Source: Candidatus Poribacteria bacterium (GTDB lineage Bacteria > Poribacteria > WGA-4E > WGA-3G). From it: a DNA stretch of 64,000 nt. Position 1 is the first letter of the stretch. Every line of letters begins with the position of its first letter. The notes beneath the pieces were generated by a model. The model did no database searches and had not been told where the DNA came from. It worked only from the letters and a program-made list of their open reading frames with translations. This document shows positions 49,796 to 59,718 of the stretch, one piece after another. A program made the position numbers and the translations under genes. The DNA is taken from contig CBDBFU010000020.1 of NCBI GenBank assembly GCA_965205025.1, positions 160,001-224,000 on the forward strand, read 5' to 3'.

Positions 49796-50623
49796 ATGCA
49801 ATTAAGTCAAAAACAACTTTCACAATTTAGAGAAGACGGATACCTTGCTATTGATGATTTCTTCACATCTGAAGAAGCTGAGGTATTACGAATTGAATTG
49901 GAACGAATCTATAATAAAGAATTAGAGCAAGGAACCGGTATAAATTGTGCCGTTCAAGACGATGGCACCAAACGAGATAACGAGGGTGAACGTCAAAACC
50001 TACAAGTAATACCTCTCAACAATCGTAGTGATCTTCATAAAGGTTTACCCTTTCATCCCAAAGTTGTTTCAACTGTACAGCAACTCATCGGTGATGAATT
50101 TATGCTGGAATTAGATCAGGCGTTTTGGAAACCACCAAAAGTTGGAATTGGAACAAGTTGGCATCAAGATAATGCATACTTCAAAATTGCGGATCCATTA
50201 CGCGGTACTGCTATGTGGATTGCAATCCATGATGCAAATATTGAAAATGGATGTATTCATGTAATACCTGGAAGTCATCGGGAAACCTATGAGCATTATC
50301 GTGATCCGTTAAGTGACCACCATATACGGTGTGATCCTCCTGAAGAACGTGCTGTACCGATCGAATTAAAAGCAGGGGGTGTACTTTTCTTCTGTTATGG
50401 ATGTGCACACTGTACAAAATCAAATCTATCTGATAAAGAACGGGCTGGGGTTGCTCTCCATTTTCTACATAATGATTTTGGAGGAAAAGATCTTTGGGAG
50501 CGAAATAATGCTACAAAACCAATGATCTTAGGTCCATTAGCTTCTGGAGGAGAAAAGGAATTTGGTCAGAAATTCGAAGGTAGATGGCAGGAATTAATGG
50601 ACAGTGTTCTTACACCTACATAA
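49796..50623 (+). CDS. Phytanoyl-CoA dioxygenase (PhyH) family Fe(II)/2OG oxygenase
   Basis: WHQDNAYF, MWIAIHDANIENGCI...PGSH and distal His in AHCT..N...ER. Confidence 0.92.
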   Translation: MQLSQKQLSQFREDGYLAIDDFFTSEEAEVLRIELERIYNKELEQGTGINCAVQDDGTKRDNEGERQNLQVIPLNNRSDLHKGLPFHPKVVSTVQQLIGDEFMLELDQAFWKPPKVGIGTSWHQDNAYFKIADPLRGTAMWIAIHDANIENGCIHVIPGSHRETYEHYRDPLSDHHIRCDPPEERAVPIELKAGGVLFFCYGCAHCTKSNLSDKERAGVALHFLHNDFGGKDLWERNNATKPMILGPLASGGEKEFGQKFEGRWQELMDSVLTPT

Positions 50624-51000
50624 ATTTGCAATTGTATATCCAGTGCAGACCTACTTTTAAAATAATGCTGATTCATTAAAATTCTTAACCAACAATTTTG
50701 TATGTACCATGTCTAATTAGGTGTATATAAAATCTATAGGTTAATTTAGATAAATCCATAGAATTTGGTTATGATCGCAATCTTGATATTTATATATCTT
50801 GATTCAAAGTGAGATTATTGTTAGTATACATATACTCATACTATTTTATGTCTTTCTATTTCAGAATTGATACTTCAACTTAGTAGTATCTGATAGAGAA
50901 AACAAACAAATGGTTATTTGTAATTCTAATAACCAATTCTTCATACCACTATTGGGTGTTAAATCTTATTTTAACAACCTATAATTTGGAGGTATATTCA

Positions 51001-51789
51001 ATGTTCTGGTCAAAAAATTTGTCAATTTTATCAGTTTTAATGTTTCTAATAGTTGGTTCGATAAACGCAGAACTTACAGATGATTTAGTAGTATATTTTA
51101 CTTTTGATGATGTTAGTGGAAAAACTATCAAAGATAGTTCAGGAAACGGACTTGATGCTAATATCATAGCAAATACGGAAATAGTTAAGGGTAAGGTTGG
51201 GGACGCCATTAAGATAACTAAGGAAGGTGCTGATTGTGTAAATGTACCTGCTGATGATAAATTGAAAATCAGTGGAGAGATTTCAATGGCAGCATGGGTA
51301 TGGATGGAAGCCTGGAACAACAATTCACAATGGTTTGACAAGAACTGTCATAATGGAGGGGAACACACATCCTATGGGATTGGTGTATTTGGTGATGGTA
51401 ACAGTTTCAATATGTTCTTAGGTTCAGATGCAAATCGTCAACATTTGAATAAACCCCATAATTTAAAAGCAAAAACATGGCACCACGTCGTTGGAGTCTA
51501 TGATGGAAATGCTATGTTAGTTTATGTAGATGGTGATCTTGCCGTTGAAGAGAGTAAGAAATTCAATTTTACGGGAACTAATGATCAAGATCTACGGATT
51601 GGATGCTCGAAAGATAGACCTCAATATTCTTTTGAAAACGGTATGATTGATGAAGCAGCTGTCTGGAGTCGGGCATTAAGTGCCGATGAAGTAAGTGCTG
51701 CAATGGGTGGTGATGTCCTTGCAGTGTCAGCTAAGAATAAAACCACAACAACTTGGGGAATGATTAAACAAAGAACTGCTATTCAATAA
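51001..51789 (+). CDS. Secreted LamG-like domain protein with C-terminal KTTTTWG tail
   Basis: Start reassigned to ATG 51001 after GGAGGT. Signal peptide, LVVYFTFD, WHHVVGVYDG, GMIDE and tail AVSAKNKTTTTWGMIK. Confidence 0.88.
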   Translation: MFWSKNLSILSVLMFLIVGSINAELTDDLVVYFTFDDVSGKTIKDSSGNGLDANIIANTEIVKGKVGDAIKITKEGADCVNVPADDKLKISGEISMAAWVWMEAWNNNSQWFDKNCHNGGEHTSYGIGVFGDGNSFNMFLGSDANRQHLNKPHNLKAKTWHHVVGVYDGNAMLVYVDGDLAVEESKKFNFTGTNDQDLRIGCSKDRPQYSFENGMIDEAAVWSRALSADEVSAAMGGDVLAVSAKNKTTTTWGMIKQRTAIQ

Positions 51790-51812
51790 ATCTTTCTACA
51801 TAAGTTATATAG

Positions 51813-51858
51813 CACAGGTGTCATTCATGCAGATGCATAATAGACACCTGTGTTTTCT
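51813..51858 (+). terminator. Terminator-like hairpin after the LamG gene
   Basis: Stem CACAGGTGTC...GACACCTGTG followed by TTTTCT. Confidence 0.6.
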
Positions 51859-51892
51859 TATTCATATATAGGCTTATACATATAAAGGAAAA

Positions 51893-52945
51893 ATGATGGT
51901 AAAAATAGGAATAATCGGTATTGGCTTTATGGGGATGATTCACTATTATGGTATTCAACGGGGATCTGGGGCAGAGGTCGTCGCAATTTGTACACGTGAT
52001 GAGAAAAAACTCAATGGTGATTGGACAAGTATACAAGGTAATTTTGGACCTCGTGGAGGAATGGAGGATCTATCAAGTATTAGAAAATACAATGATATTG
52101 ACGAATTTCTTGAGGATGAAGAAATTGACCTTGTCGATATCTGTTTACCTACCCATTTACACAAATCTGTTAGTCTCGCTTCCTTAAATTCTGGAAAACA
52201 CACTCTGGTAGAGAAACCGATTTCTATTGATATTAATGATGCAAATGAAATTGTTGATACTGCAAAGAAAGTCGGTAAAGAATTCATGGTTGCTCATGTA
52301 TTACCATTCTTCGCAGAATATGCCTATGCTAAAAATATCGTAGATAGTGGAGAATATGGTGATCTACTTGGTGGACATTTTAAAAGAATTATTTCTAAAC
52401 CGGGAGCCACAAGAGATCCAGCCAGTATAGCAAAGAGTGGCGGACCGGGTATAGACCTACATATTCACGATACACACTTTATTCAACTATTATGTGGAGT
52501 GCCTGATGCAGTATTCTCACAAGGCAGGTTAGCCAGTGGTGATTTTGTAGATTTTTTAACAACACAGTATATCTATAATGATAAAGAACTTACAATTAGT
52601 TGTTCATCTGGTGGTATCTCTCAAAGAGGTAGAGCTTTCTCACACGGTTTTGAACTCTTCTTGGAAAAAGCAACTTTACTCTTCGATTTCTCTACACTTG
52701 CCGGTGAACCTTCTACGGCTGTACCGTTGACCCTCATTACTGAGGATGGAACTGTTGAAGAAGTAGATTTGGGTGAAGTAGATCCTGTGGATGCATTTAC
52801 TGCGGAGATACAATATGCAGTGGATGCGATTACCAATAATGAACAACCGACAGCATTGTCAGGTATCGGGGCCAGAGACGCACTACTTCTTTGCTATAAA
52901 GAAGCAGAATCGGTTAAAACAGGTAAAATTGTACCCATTCGCTAA
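51893..52945 (+). CDS. Gfo/Idh/MocA family NAD(P)-dependent oxidoreductase
   Basis: GIIGIGFMG, DICLPTHLH, EKP and DLHIHD. Confidence 0.93.
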   Translation: MMVKIGIIGIGFMGMIHYYGIQRGSGAEVVAICTRDEKKLNGDWTSIQGNFGPRGGMEDLSSIRKYNDIDEFLEDEEIDLVDICLPTHLHKSVSLASLNSGKHTLVEKPISIDINDANEIVDTAKKVGKEFMVAHVLPFFAEYAYAKNIVDSGEYGDLLGGHFKRIISKPGATRDPASIAKSGGPGIDLHIHDTHFIQLLCGVPDAVFSQGRLASGDFVDFLTTQYIYNDKELTISCSSGGISQRGRAFSHGFELFLEKATLLFDFSTLAGEPSTAVPLTLITEDGTVEEVDLGEVDPVDAFTAEIQYAVDAITNNEQPTALSGIGARDALLLCYKEAESVKTGKIVPIR

Positions 52946-52960
52946 ATCATAGGATTTTTC

Positions 52961-54088
52961 ATGAACGAATTCTATTCAGTCAGTTCTTTAGGTGAAGTCT
53001 ATGTTCCTATAGAATATCGTGAAGCTGTCTTCTCACGTGGTGGAGTGAAACTTTTTACTCAGCACGAATTACATCAACATGATCGGATATTTACACACAT
53101 ACAACGTGGAGGTATTGTAGTCGTTCAAGGATCCTGGGAAAATATTTGTGATGTGATGGATTACATCCAACGACATAAGAACGAGTTAACACCATCAAAT
53201 AATAAGGGAAGATCAAGAGATAAATCTCGGCGAGATAATCCAAAACAGTTACGAGAAGCAATACTTACTCATTTGATGTGCTGGGCAGATAAAGATGGTA
53301 TGTTACAAATTGATCCTACCCCAGATTTACCATATTTACTGGAACTGATTGGGGAAGAGAATGGAGTTAATGAGGATTCGCCTTTTCTTGTACCTGTTAT
53401 AAAAGTTCAACGACTCCAAAAAGCACTTGAAGAATCTTATCCAATTGATGCACTAAATGTATCTCTTCAAGCATCTGAAAATGTGCTTGCTCCACGTTCT
53501 CAAGAAACAATAAACTGCTTCCAAGAAGCCATACAGTATGTAAAAACTAATGCTAAAAATGAGAATCCTATTGTTGCCGAAATAGGGTGTGGCAGCGGGT
53601 GTTTAACTCTATTGGTACAGCAAGAGTTGGGGGAGAAAGCAGAAATATACACATCAGACCTGTTACCGGAGGCAGTGGCAACAACCAAAATTAACGTAGA
53701 ACGACGCCTTCCAAATTCAGAAAATATTCATATTCTTGCAGCTGGAGATTTGTTCGAACCTTATCCATCTAAACAATTCGACATAGTCATTTTCAATGCT
53801 CCATGGGTAGTTTCAAGGGTAAGAAGTAGATCAGAGTTAGCAATACATGATGAAAAACAAATAACTTTAGCACGCTTTTTTGAATACCTTCCTAACTATC
53901 TGAAACCTGATGGAATTCTACTTCTGGGGTATGCAGATGCATCCGGTCCTAAAGCCATATCTAATCTTGAAAAAATAATTGACGAAGCAGGATATGTGTG
54001 TAATGATATTGTAAAGAGAAGAGTTGCAACCCATCGATCAAAGAAAAAATGGGAACACATTCAGGTATATATTCTTAGTAGTGTATAG
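52961..54088 (+). CDS. Class I SAM-dependent methyltransferase (MTS/PrmC-like C-terminal domain)
   Basis: EIGCGSG, GDLFEP and FDIVIFNAPW. Confidence 0.85.
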   Translation: MNEFYSVSSLGEVYVPIEYREAVFSRGGVKLFTQHELHQHDRIFTHIQRGGIVVVQGSWENICDVMDYIQRHKNELTPSNNKGRSRDKSRRDNPKQLREAILTHLMCWADKDGMLQIDPTPDLPYLLELIGEENGVNEDSPFLVPVIKVQRLQKALEESYPIDALNVSLQASENVLAPRSQETINCFQEAIQYVKTNAKNENPIVAEIGCGSGCLTLLVQQELGEKAEIYTSDLLPEAVATTKINVERRLPNSENIHILAAGDLFEPYPSKQFDIVIFNAPWVVSRVRSRSELAIHDEKQITLARFFEYLPNYLKPDGILLLGYADASGPKAISNLEKIIDEAGYVCNDIVKRRVATHRSKKKWEHIQVYILSSV

Positions 54089-54121
54089 AAATTCATGTAG
54101 ATTTTAGTCAATTTTATACTA

Positions 54122-54246
54122 CGGTAGGTTCGGTTTCCTAACTGACCGTTGTTTGCTTAACCCCATTGATGCGGTATGAACGCCTGTAGGCGTTCCCCGG
54201 GTATAAATGCCATTTAGATATTCCCGGTAAACCGCATCTACCGGGA
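54122..54246. repeat. REP/BIME-like structured segment with inverted GTAG-headed palindromes
   Basis: CGGTAGGTTCGGTTTCCTAACTGACCG on the plus strand and CGGTAGATGCGGTTTACCG on the minus strand, with an internal hairpin GAACGCC-TGTA-GGCGTTC. GC-rich island between convergent genes. Confidence 0.6.
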
Positions 54247-54306
54247 GTGTATATATGTTTTAGTATTCACTTTATTAACAATTTAAACAATCTTCTACCC
54301 TACATA

Positions 54307-55896
54307 TCAATCATCACCAATTGAAACAGAAGTCCCTTCCTGGAGACGATGTTGTCCATCAACAATAACCTGTTCATTCTGTGGTAAACGCGTACTCACT
54401 TCAATCTCATTACCATACTTACCACCTACGTTTACTTGTTTTAACTTTGCAGTATTTTCTTCAACAACATAGATACTACCTTGACCATTTTGTATATGAA
54501 GAACAGACCTACGTGGGAGCAACTGTACATTTTTTCGTTCACCTGTTTTTATTGAGATAGTAATTGATGTACCTGGCTTTAAAATGCTATTCTGAGCAGA
54601 TGTTTTGGCTGCATCATCATTATTCATTTCTATTGTATTTGGGACTGTTGCATTCACTTCAACAGTATTCTCACCAGGTTTTACAGTAGGACTTAAAAAA
54701 TCAACTGTAGCAACGATATTCTGTATACCAGATGCAGTCGAAATTAGAACCATGTCACCAACATTAATTCTATTGGCATCACTTACTGGTATCATCCATA
54801 CAGCCTTTAAAACATCAACTGCAATTACTGTATAAATAGGTATTCCAGAAGATGCTGCAGACTTTGCAAAATCACCAAGTTCCATATGACGCAGAGAAAC
54901 AACTCCATCAATAGGAGAATTAACGGATGCTTGATTTACTTGTTCACGAGCGAGTTTTAGTTGTTCTTCTGCTTCGTTGACAGCAGATTTTGAAATGGCA
55001 ATTTCACGTTCCCATGATTTTGCATCCACGAGTTTTTGTGTAGCAACAAGGTTTGCTTTGGCTTGTTTAATCTTTGATTCTGCAGCTGCGATTTCACGCT
55101 CCCACCCTTTACTTTCCACAATCTTTTGTGCAATTGACAATTCTGCTCTTGCTTTTTCTACAGCAAGTTGGGCAGTTCCATCATTGAATTGATTCGCTGC
55201 TGCAACCGCTTCTTCATAACGACTCTTTCCAAGTTTATACCTTGTTTCAGATGATTCATAAGCACTATCACTGATTAACTCTTGCTCGTGCAGTGCCTTA
55301 TCTCTTTCATAATCCGATGTAGTTTTTGAAAATTCGGTTTTGGCGCGCTCTAAACCTTGTTCAGAACTAACTCTCGCTCGTTCTAAATTAGATTCTGCAA
55401 CTTTGAGGGTTGATTCTGCTTGTACTAACTGATTTCGGATTCTCATCTCAGAAAGTGATTTTGTCTCTTCATGTTTTGATACTGCCTCTGCTACAGACTC
55501 CTCAGCGGTAACAAGTTGTGTTTCTAAACGGGGTTGGGCATTAGCTTCAGTTGTCGTTAACTGTGCTTTTGCAACACTTAAGGCAACTTCTGCTTTAATC
55601 GCTGCTATATTTGCCTCATGTGCATTAATCTTAGCAAGGATATCGTCCTTTCTTACCTTCTGACCTACAACTGCATTTAGTTCTACTATTTTACCTTGAA
55701 TATTTGCATACACCTTTACTTCAGAACGTGGTTGTAAATGTCCTGTATATTCCTTCTCTGACACAATCGTAACATACCGCGGTTTCTGAACTTGCACCTT
55801 CTCTGACACTTCTGTTTCTTGTGCAATTACACTATAATTTATTATAAGAAAAAAACAGAGTGTGGATAGAAGAACACTGAGAATAAATGCTTTCAA
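54307..55896 (-). CDS. Efflux membrane-fusion (periplasmic adaptor) protein with an extended coiled coil
   Basis: Lipoyl halves GKIVEL...VGQKVRKDD and SPIDGVV, long alpha-hairpin, C-terminal VIVDGQHRLQEG; AGGAGG SD. Confidence 0.88.
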   Translation of the reverse strand: MKAFILSVLLSTLCFFLIINYSVIAQETEVSEKVQVQKPRYVTIVSEKEYTGHLQPRSEVKVYANIQGKIVELNAVVGQKVRKDDILAKINAHEANIAAIKAEVALSVAKAQLTTTEANAQPRLETQLVTAEESVAEAVSKHEETKSLSEMRIRNQLVQAESTLKVAESNLERARVSSEQGLERAKTEFSKTTSDYERDKALHEQELISDSAYESSETRYKLGKSRYEEAVAAANQFNDGTAQLAVEKARAELSIAQKIVESKGWEREIAAAESKIKQAKANLVATQKLVDAKSWEREIAISKSAVNEAEEQLKLAREQVNQASVNSPIDGVVSLRHMELGDFAKSAASSGIPIYTVIAVDVLKAVWMIPVSDANRINVGDMVLISTASGIQNIVATVDFLSPTVKPGENTVEVNATVPNTIEMNNDDAAKTSAQNSILKPGTSITISIKTGERKNVQLLPRRSVLHIQNGQGSIYVVEENTAKLKQVNVGGKYGNEIEVSTRLPQNEQVIVDGQHRLQEGTSVSIGDD

Positions 55897-55967
55897 TAGT
55901 ATACCCTCCTAACAGAATAGGTTATCATGTGAACAACATTCAAATAGAACTGTTCAATTGATATGCA

Positions 55968-56507
55968 CTATTCAGATTTAAGTTTATCTTTAAATTCTTT
56001 AGTGAACTTTTTTAACTTTGGATGGATAACCAACTGACAATAAGGTTGAGTTGAATTCAGTTGGAAATAATTCTGGTGATAGTCTTCTGCAGGATAAAAG
56101 ACATCAATTTGTGTGATTTCTGTGACAATAGGATCTTGCCATGTATTCGATTTTTCGAGATCGTTTTTTGATTTTTCTGCCATCTTCTGTTGTTCTCCTG
56201 AGTGATAAAAAATGACAGATCGATATTGTGTACCTACATCATTTCCTTGACGATTCAGTGTAGTTGGATCATGTGTTTGCCAGAAGACTTCTAACAACTC
56301 CTCAAATGATATTACCTCAGGATCAAATTCAATTTGAACTACCTCAGCATGTCCAGTCATTCCCATACAGACTGCTTTATAATTAGGATTTACTGTTGTT
56401 CCACCGGTATAACCCGATACCACAGAATGGACACCCTCTAATTGTTGAAAAACAGCTTCTACACACCAAAAACATCCTGCTCCAAATGTTGCAGTTTCAA
56501 TTTTCAT
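55968..56507 (-). CDS. msrA: Peptide-methionine (S)-S-oxide reductase
   Basis: GCFWC, GHAEVV, NRQGNDVGTQYRS and AEDYHQNY. Confidence 0.97.
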   Translation of the reverse strand: MKIETATFGAGCFWCVEAVFQQLEGVHSVVSGYTGGTTVNPNYKAVCMGMTGHAEVVQIEFDPEVISFEELLEVFWQTHDPTTLNRQGNDVGTQYRSVIFYHSGEQQKMAEKSKNDLEKSNTWQDPIVTEITQIDVFYPAEDYHQNYFQLNSTQPYCQLVIHPKLKKFTKEFKDKLKSE

Positions 56508-56628
56508 TTTTTTATACGGTCAACAACAATGTGAAACCGTTATTCTCCTACATTCTGGATTTATTCTATTTTTCAATGTATAATAACACATCTTGATAGT
56601 ATATACAATATATCTACTAACGCGGATT

Positions 56629-57582
56629 TCAAAGTAGAAACATCTTAATATTCTCATCTGGATTAATAATTTCTTGAATACAAGCTTCCCAATAAATCAC
56701 GGTATATTGTATCAGATCATCAGAACGGTTATCTTGTTTAAGGTAGTCCGAAATCCATTCAATCATTCGTTGTCGTGGTGCAGACCGTACCTCCCCAGTA
56801 TTCTCATCATAAATGATTTCTCGAAAATCATTAAGAGTGTCATTATCAAAATGTAAATCGGGTTGATAGTATAGCGTCAAATTTGACATCAAACATAATG
56901 TAAGAATCAATATAGGATCAATTGCAATATTCAGTGGAGGATCAATAGAGAAAATATCTTCAAGTGGTAATGTATCAACATACTCACGACGTTTTTCTAT
57001 ATAATCTATCTGTTTCTTAATCAACTCAACATCTGCAAGACTGGATAATGGACGTGGTGGGTAATTTTCCTTTAAAATAACATGTGGTCTACTAATAGTG
57101 GAATTATATGAAACTAATTCATCTAAGAATTCTGCTTCTGCATGGTTATAGATCCTAATGTTATCAATGTCAAGATGAGATAGCGATTCTGAAGGCCGTA
57201 TTACAGCATTTTCAAGCAAATCAACTGCACTTGTTATAACTTGATTACTAAGAGTATTCCCAATTTGGTAAAACTTTACTATAGGGTTTGCATTTAGTAG
57301 CCGTACAGCTTTATCTAAATTCCCTTTACTTGCGTATTCTAATCCAAGACTGGTTAATGTAATTCCTGTTTGGGTTTGTTTGCGAAGTTCTGACAGATTG
57401 GATAGGTCAGATACTCTCATTGTAATAAGTTTATGGGCAATTGCACTTATATCCTCGGAGAATTTCTCAATTTTTTCTGAATCAAATTTATCAAGTGTAT
57501 CTCCGTGTTGTAAGGTCTGAGCAAAGAAAGATTGAGCATCAATTACTGTATCCGCTACGAGGGAATATTTACTTGTCTGCAT
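56629..57582 (-). CDS. Hypothetical protein (resembles the C-terminal part of DUF6178-type proteins)
   Basis: Start likely at MQTSKY (57582), overlapping the upstream stop; motif SLGLEYAS...AVRLL...VKFYQIG. Confidence 0.65.
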   Translation of the reverse strand: MQTSKYSLVADTVIDAQSFFAQTLQHGDTLDKFDSEKIEKFSEDISAIAHKLITMRVSDLSNLSELRKQTQTGITLTSLGLEYASKGNLDKAVRLLNANPIVKFYQIGNTLSNQVITSAVDLLENAVIRPSESLSHLDIDNIRIYNHAEAEFLDELVSYNSTISRPHVILKENYPPRPLSSLADVELIKKQIDYIEKRREYVDTLPLEDIFSIDPPLNIAIDPILILTLCLMSNLTLYYQPDLHFDNDTLNDFREIIYDENTGEVRSAPRQRMIEWISDYLKQDNRSDDLIQYTVIYWEACIQEIINPDENIKMFLL

Positions 57583-58372
57583 TCTCTTCAACTTCCTCAG
57601 AAAGTTCAAGCGAATCCAAATCAACTTCTTCTCTTAGATCTGATTCAGTAACAGTGATTCCAGCTTTAGTATCGCGTTCTTTTACCCGTTCCTCTCTCTC
57701 AGCAGTTGCCTCTTCTAATGCAGTAGTTAACTTACTGTCTACATCACCTTCTTTGTCAATACCAAACATATCACGTAGGAGTTGGTGGAAAATCTCATGA
57801 TCCGCTTCCCAAATTGCATTTAGGATTCTTTTTGCTTGATCATCTTTACATTCTAATGCAGGATTACTCGGATCAATAACTTTCTCCTCAATCATTAATG
57901 CAGCTAAATTGCCTTTTAATTTAACACGCTTTTTTAATAGACCAGCAAGAATTCTTAAATCCAATCGTCCAAGAAAACGACTCAAGTCATCTCGTTCACA
58001 TTCTGATAACTCAAAGAGCCATAAACTAAGTGACCTTTCATTAATTTTTCCATCTTTCCATATAGCAATATCTATCAGTTCTTCAAATTGTTGATTAGAT
58101 AGACATGGTAATAGACCACATGCCAGTCCTGTTCCCAATAATGTATCTAAAACCTGTAGGACATCTTCTGTTGGACTATCCTGAATTAACTCAGTACAAT
58201 CTGGTACAAGATAATATAATTCTTCACGTAATTTAGGATTTCGGGTCGATCGAATAATTTCAAGTTGGGTATCTTTTGTATAACTTTGAAAGAGTTGTTC
58301 TGCTTGTTTAGTAGGTAGGGATAATAGATTCTTAACTTGTATAGGGGATAGAACAGATTTGGACATATTCAT
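57569..58372 (-). CDS. Hypothetical helical protein (resembles the N-terminal part of DUF6178-type proteins)
   Basis: 267-aa ORF with GAGGT SD; motif LLPCLSNQQFEELIDIAIWKDG...WL; acidic tail. Confidence 0.7.
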   Translation of the reverse strand: MNMSKSVLSPIQVKNLLSLPTKQAEQLFQSYTKDTQLEIIRSTRNPKLREELYYLVPDCTELIQDSPTEDVLQVLDTLLGTGLACGLLPCLSNQQFEELIDIAIWKDGKINERSLSLWLFELSECERDDLSRFLGRLDLRILAGLLKKRVKLKGNLAALMIEEKVIDPSNPALECKDDQAKRILNAIWEADHEIFHQLLRDMFGIDKEGDVDSKLTTALEEATAEREERVKERDTKAGITVTESDLREEVDLDSLELSEEVEENADK

Positions 58373-58496
58373 TCATACCTCTCAAGATGTAGATAACCAG
58401 TATATGAAAAATAACTGTTAGTTTTAAATATTGAACTTAGGAATATTCGAATTCTAATATGAATATAGTTTCTCTTTGGTAATTATGTGAAAGAAA

Positions 58497-59261
58497 TCAA
58501 AAATTATTTCTTACAAAATTCATATTCTTCACAGCCGATCCAATTGGATCATCTTTCCCTGGTGTCTCCAGAACAAACCAACTATCGTAACCAATAGCAT
58601 GTGCTGATTCGAAAACACCTGTGAAGTCAACATCACCTTCACCGGCATGATTCCCACCAGTATCTTTAATATGCATTTGTATGATTGAACTTCCTAAACT
58701 ACGTATTTCTTCTGTCGAGTCATAGCCTAAATTTGTAGCATTACCCATATCATAATAAACACCAACAGATTTTGACCCAACTTGGTCAATGATTTGTTGG
58801 TGTTGTTGTGCATTAAGAGTTGACTCCAATGCAAGACCAACATCATGTTTCTCGGCAGTCTCTGCGGCGGTCTTTAGACCATCCAGAAAACGTGAATCAG
58901 TAATATGTTCATCTTTAATTTCTCCACCACCAAAAAAGGGGACAAGGATGACATTTGTTCCTAATTTTGGACAGACTTCAGCAAGAAATTGTAATTTCGC
59001 AATCCCTTCAGTTCTTATGCTGTCTGTTGGATGCATAAATGAAAATGCAGTAAAACCCCCTGGAGATAAAGATGATACCTCTATTCCTGCCTTATCAGCA
59101 AGCATATTAACAGTTTCAATCCCATCTTCTTGCCAGAGTATATGTTCACGATAGTTGACACCCATACAGATTTCAACACCATCAAAACCAATGTCTTTTG
59201 CTTTTTGAAACTTATCGTTGAACGGAACAGGTAACATCCCGTCACGAATTCCTACTTTCAT
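58497..59261 (-). CDS. Sugar phosphate isomerase/epimerase (xylose isomerase-like TIM barrel)
   Basis: GFDGVE, LALE, YYDMGN, HIKD and FVLET. Confidence 0.92.
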   Translation of the reverse strand: MKVGIRDGMLPVPFNDKFQKAKDIGFDGVEICMGVNYREHILWQEDGIETVNMLADKAGIEVSSLSPGGFTAFSFMHPTDSIRTEGIAKLQFLAEVCPKLGTNVILVPFFGGGEIKDEHITDSRFLDGLKTAAETAEKHDVGLALESTLNAQQHQQIIDQVGSKSVGVYYDMGNATNLGYDSTEEIRSLGSSIIQMHIKDTGGNHAGEGDVDFTGVFESAHAIGYDSWFVLETPGKDDPIGSAVKNMNFVRNNF

Positions 59262-59450
59262 ATTTCCCTCCTGTTGCTTCTGAATTTTAACATGTTATAT
59301 TCTGTTTTTCAAATTGAATTCTATCGAAAATGTTTATATATTAAGATATTACGATAGACAATCTGAAATCAGTTCCTGAATAATCCTCTACCCTAATTGT
59401 TGAATTGGTTGGGAAAGAGCACATATCGGATGAGGAATAAATCAAGTGTA

Positions 59451-59593
59451 ACGTCAGTTTGATAATAAAAAAAATGTCAGTTCGATAAACAGAATTTTGT
59501 CCTGAAGATAGTCTTGTAGCACAAACTTTCCAGATTGTGCACTCTGGTGTTAACTAAAAGTTCGGGTTACAATGCTTTTTATCAAACTCACGT
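59451..59593. mobile_element. MITE-like element B (143 bp), same TIR family as element A
   Basis: TIRs ACGTCAGTTTGATAA and TTATCAAACTCACGT, flanked on both sides by AAGTGTA (59444-59450 and 59594-59600). Internal partial TIR copy at 59476-59488 and a GTAG palindrome at 59516-59540. Confidence 0.72.
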
Positions 59594-59655
59594 AAGTGTA
59601 ATGAAATTATGGAAAAATTAGTTAACTAAAGTGTTATACTATGACATGTCCAAAC

Positions 59656-59684
59656 TTGACAATGAAGGATTCTTGTGATAAATT
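59656..59684 (+). promoter_or_regulatory. Putative sigma70 promoter for comF
   Basis: TTGACA-N17-TAAATT with a TG extended -10. Confidence 0.55.
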
Positions 59685-59718
59685 ATGGTTGACAAGCAAC
59701 TAATAGAAACTAAAGTAA

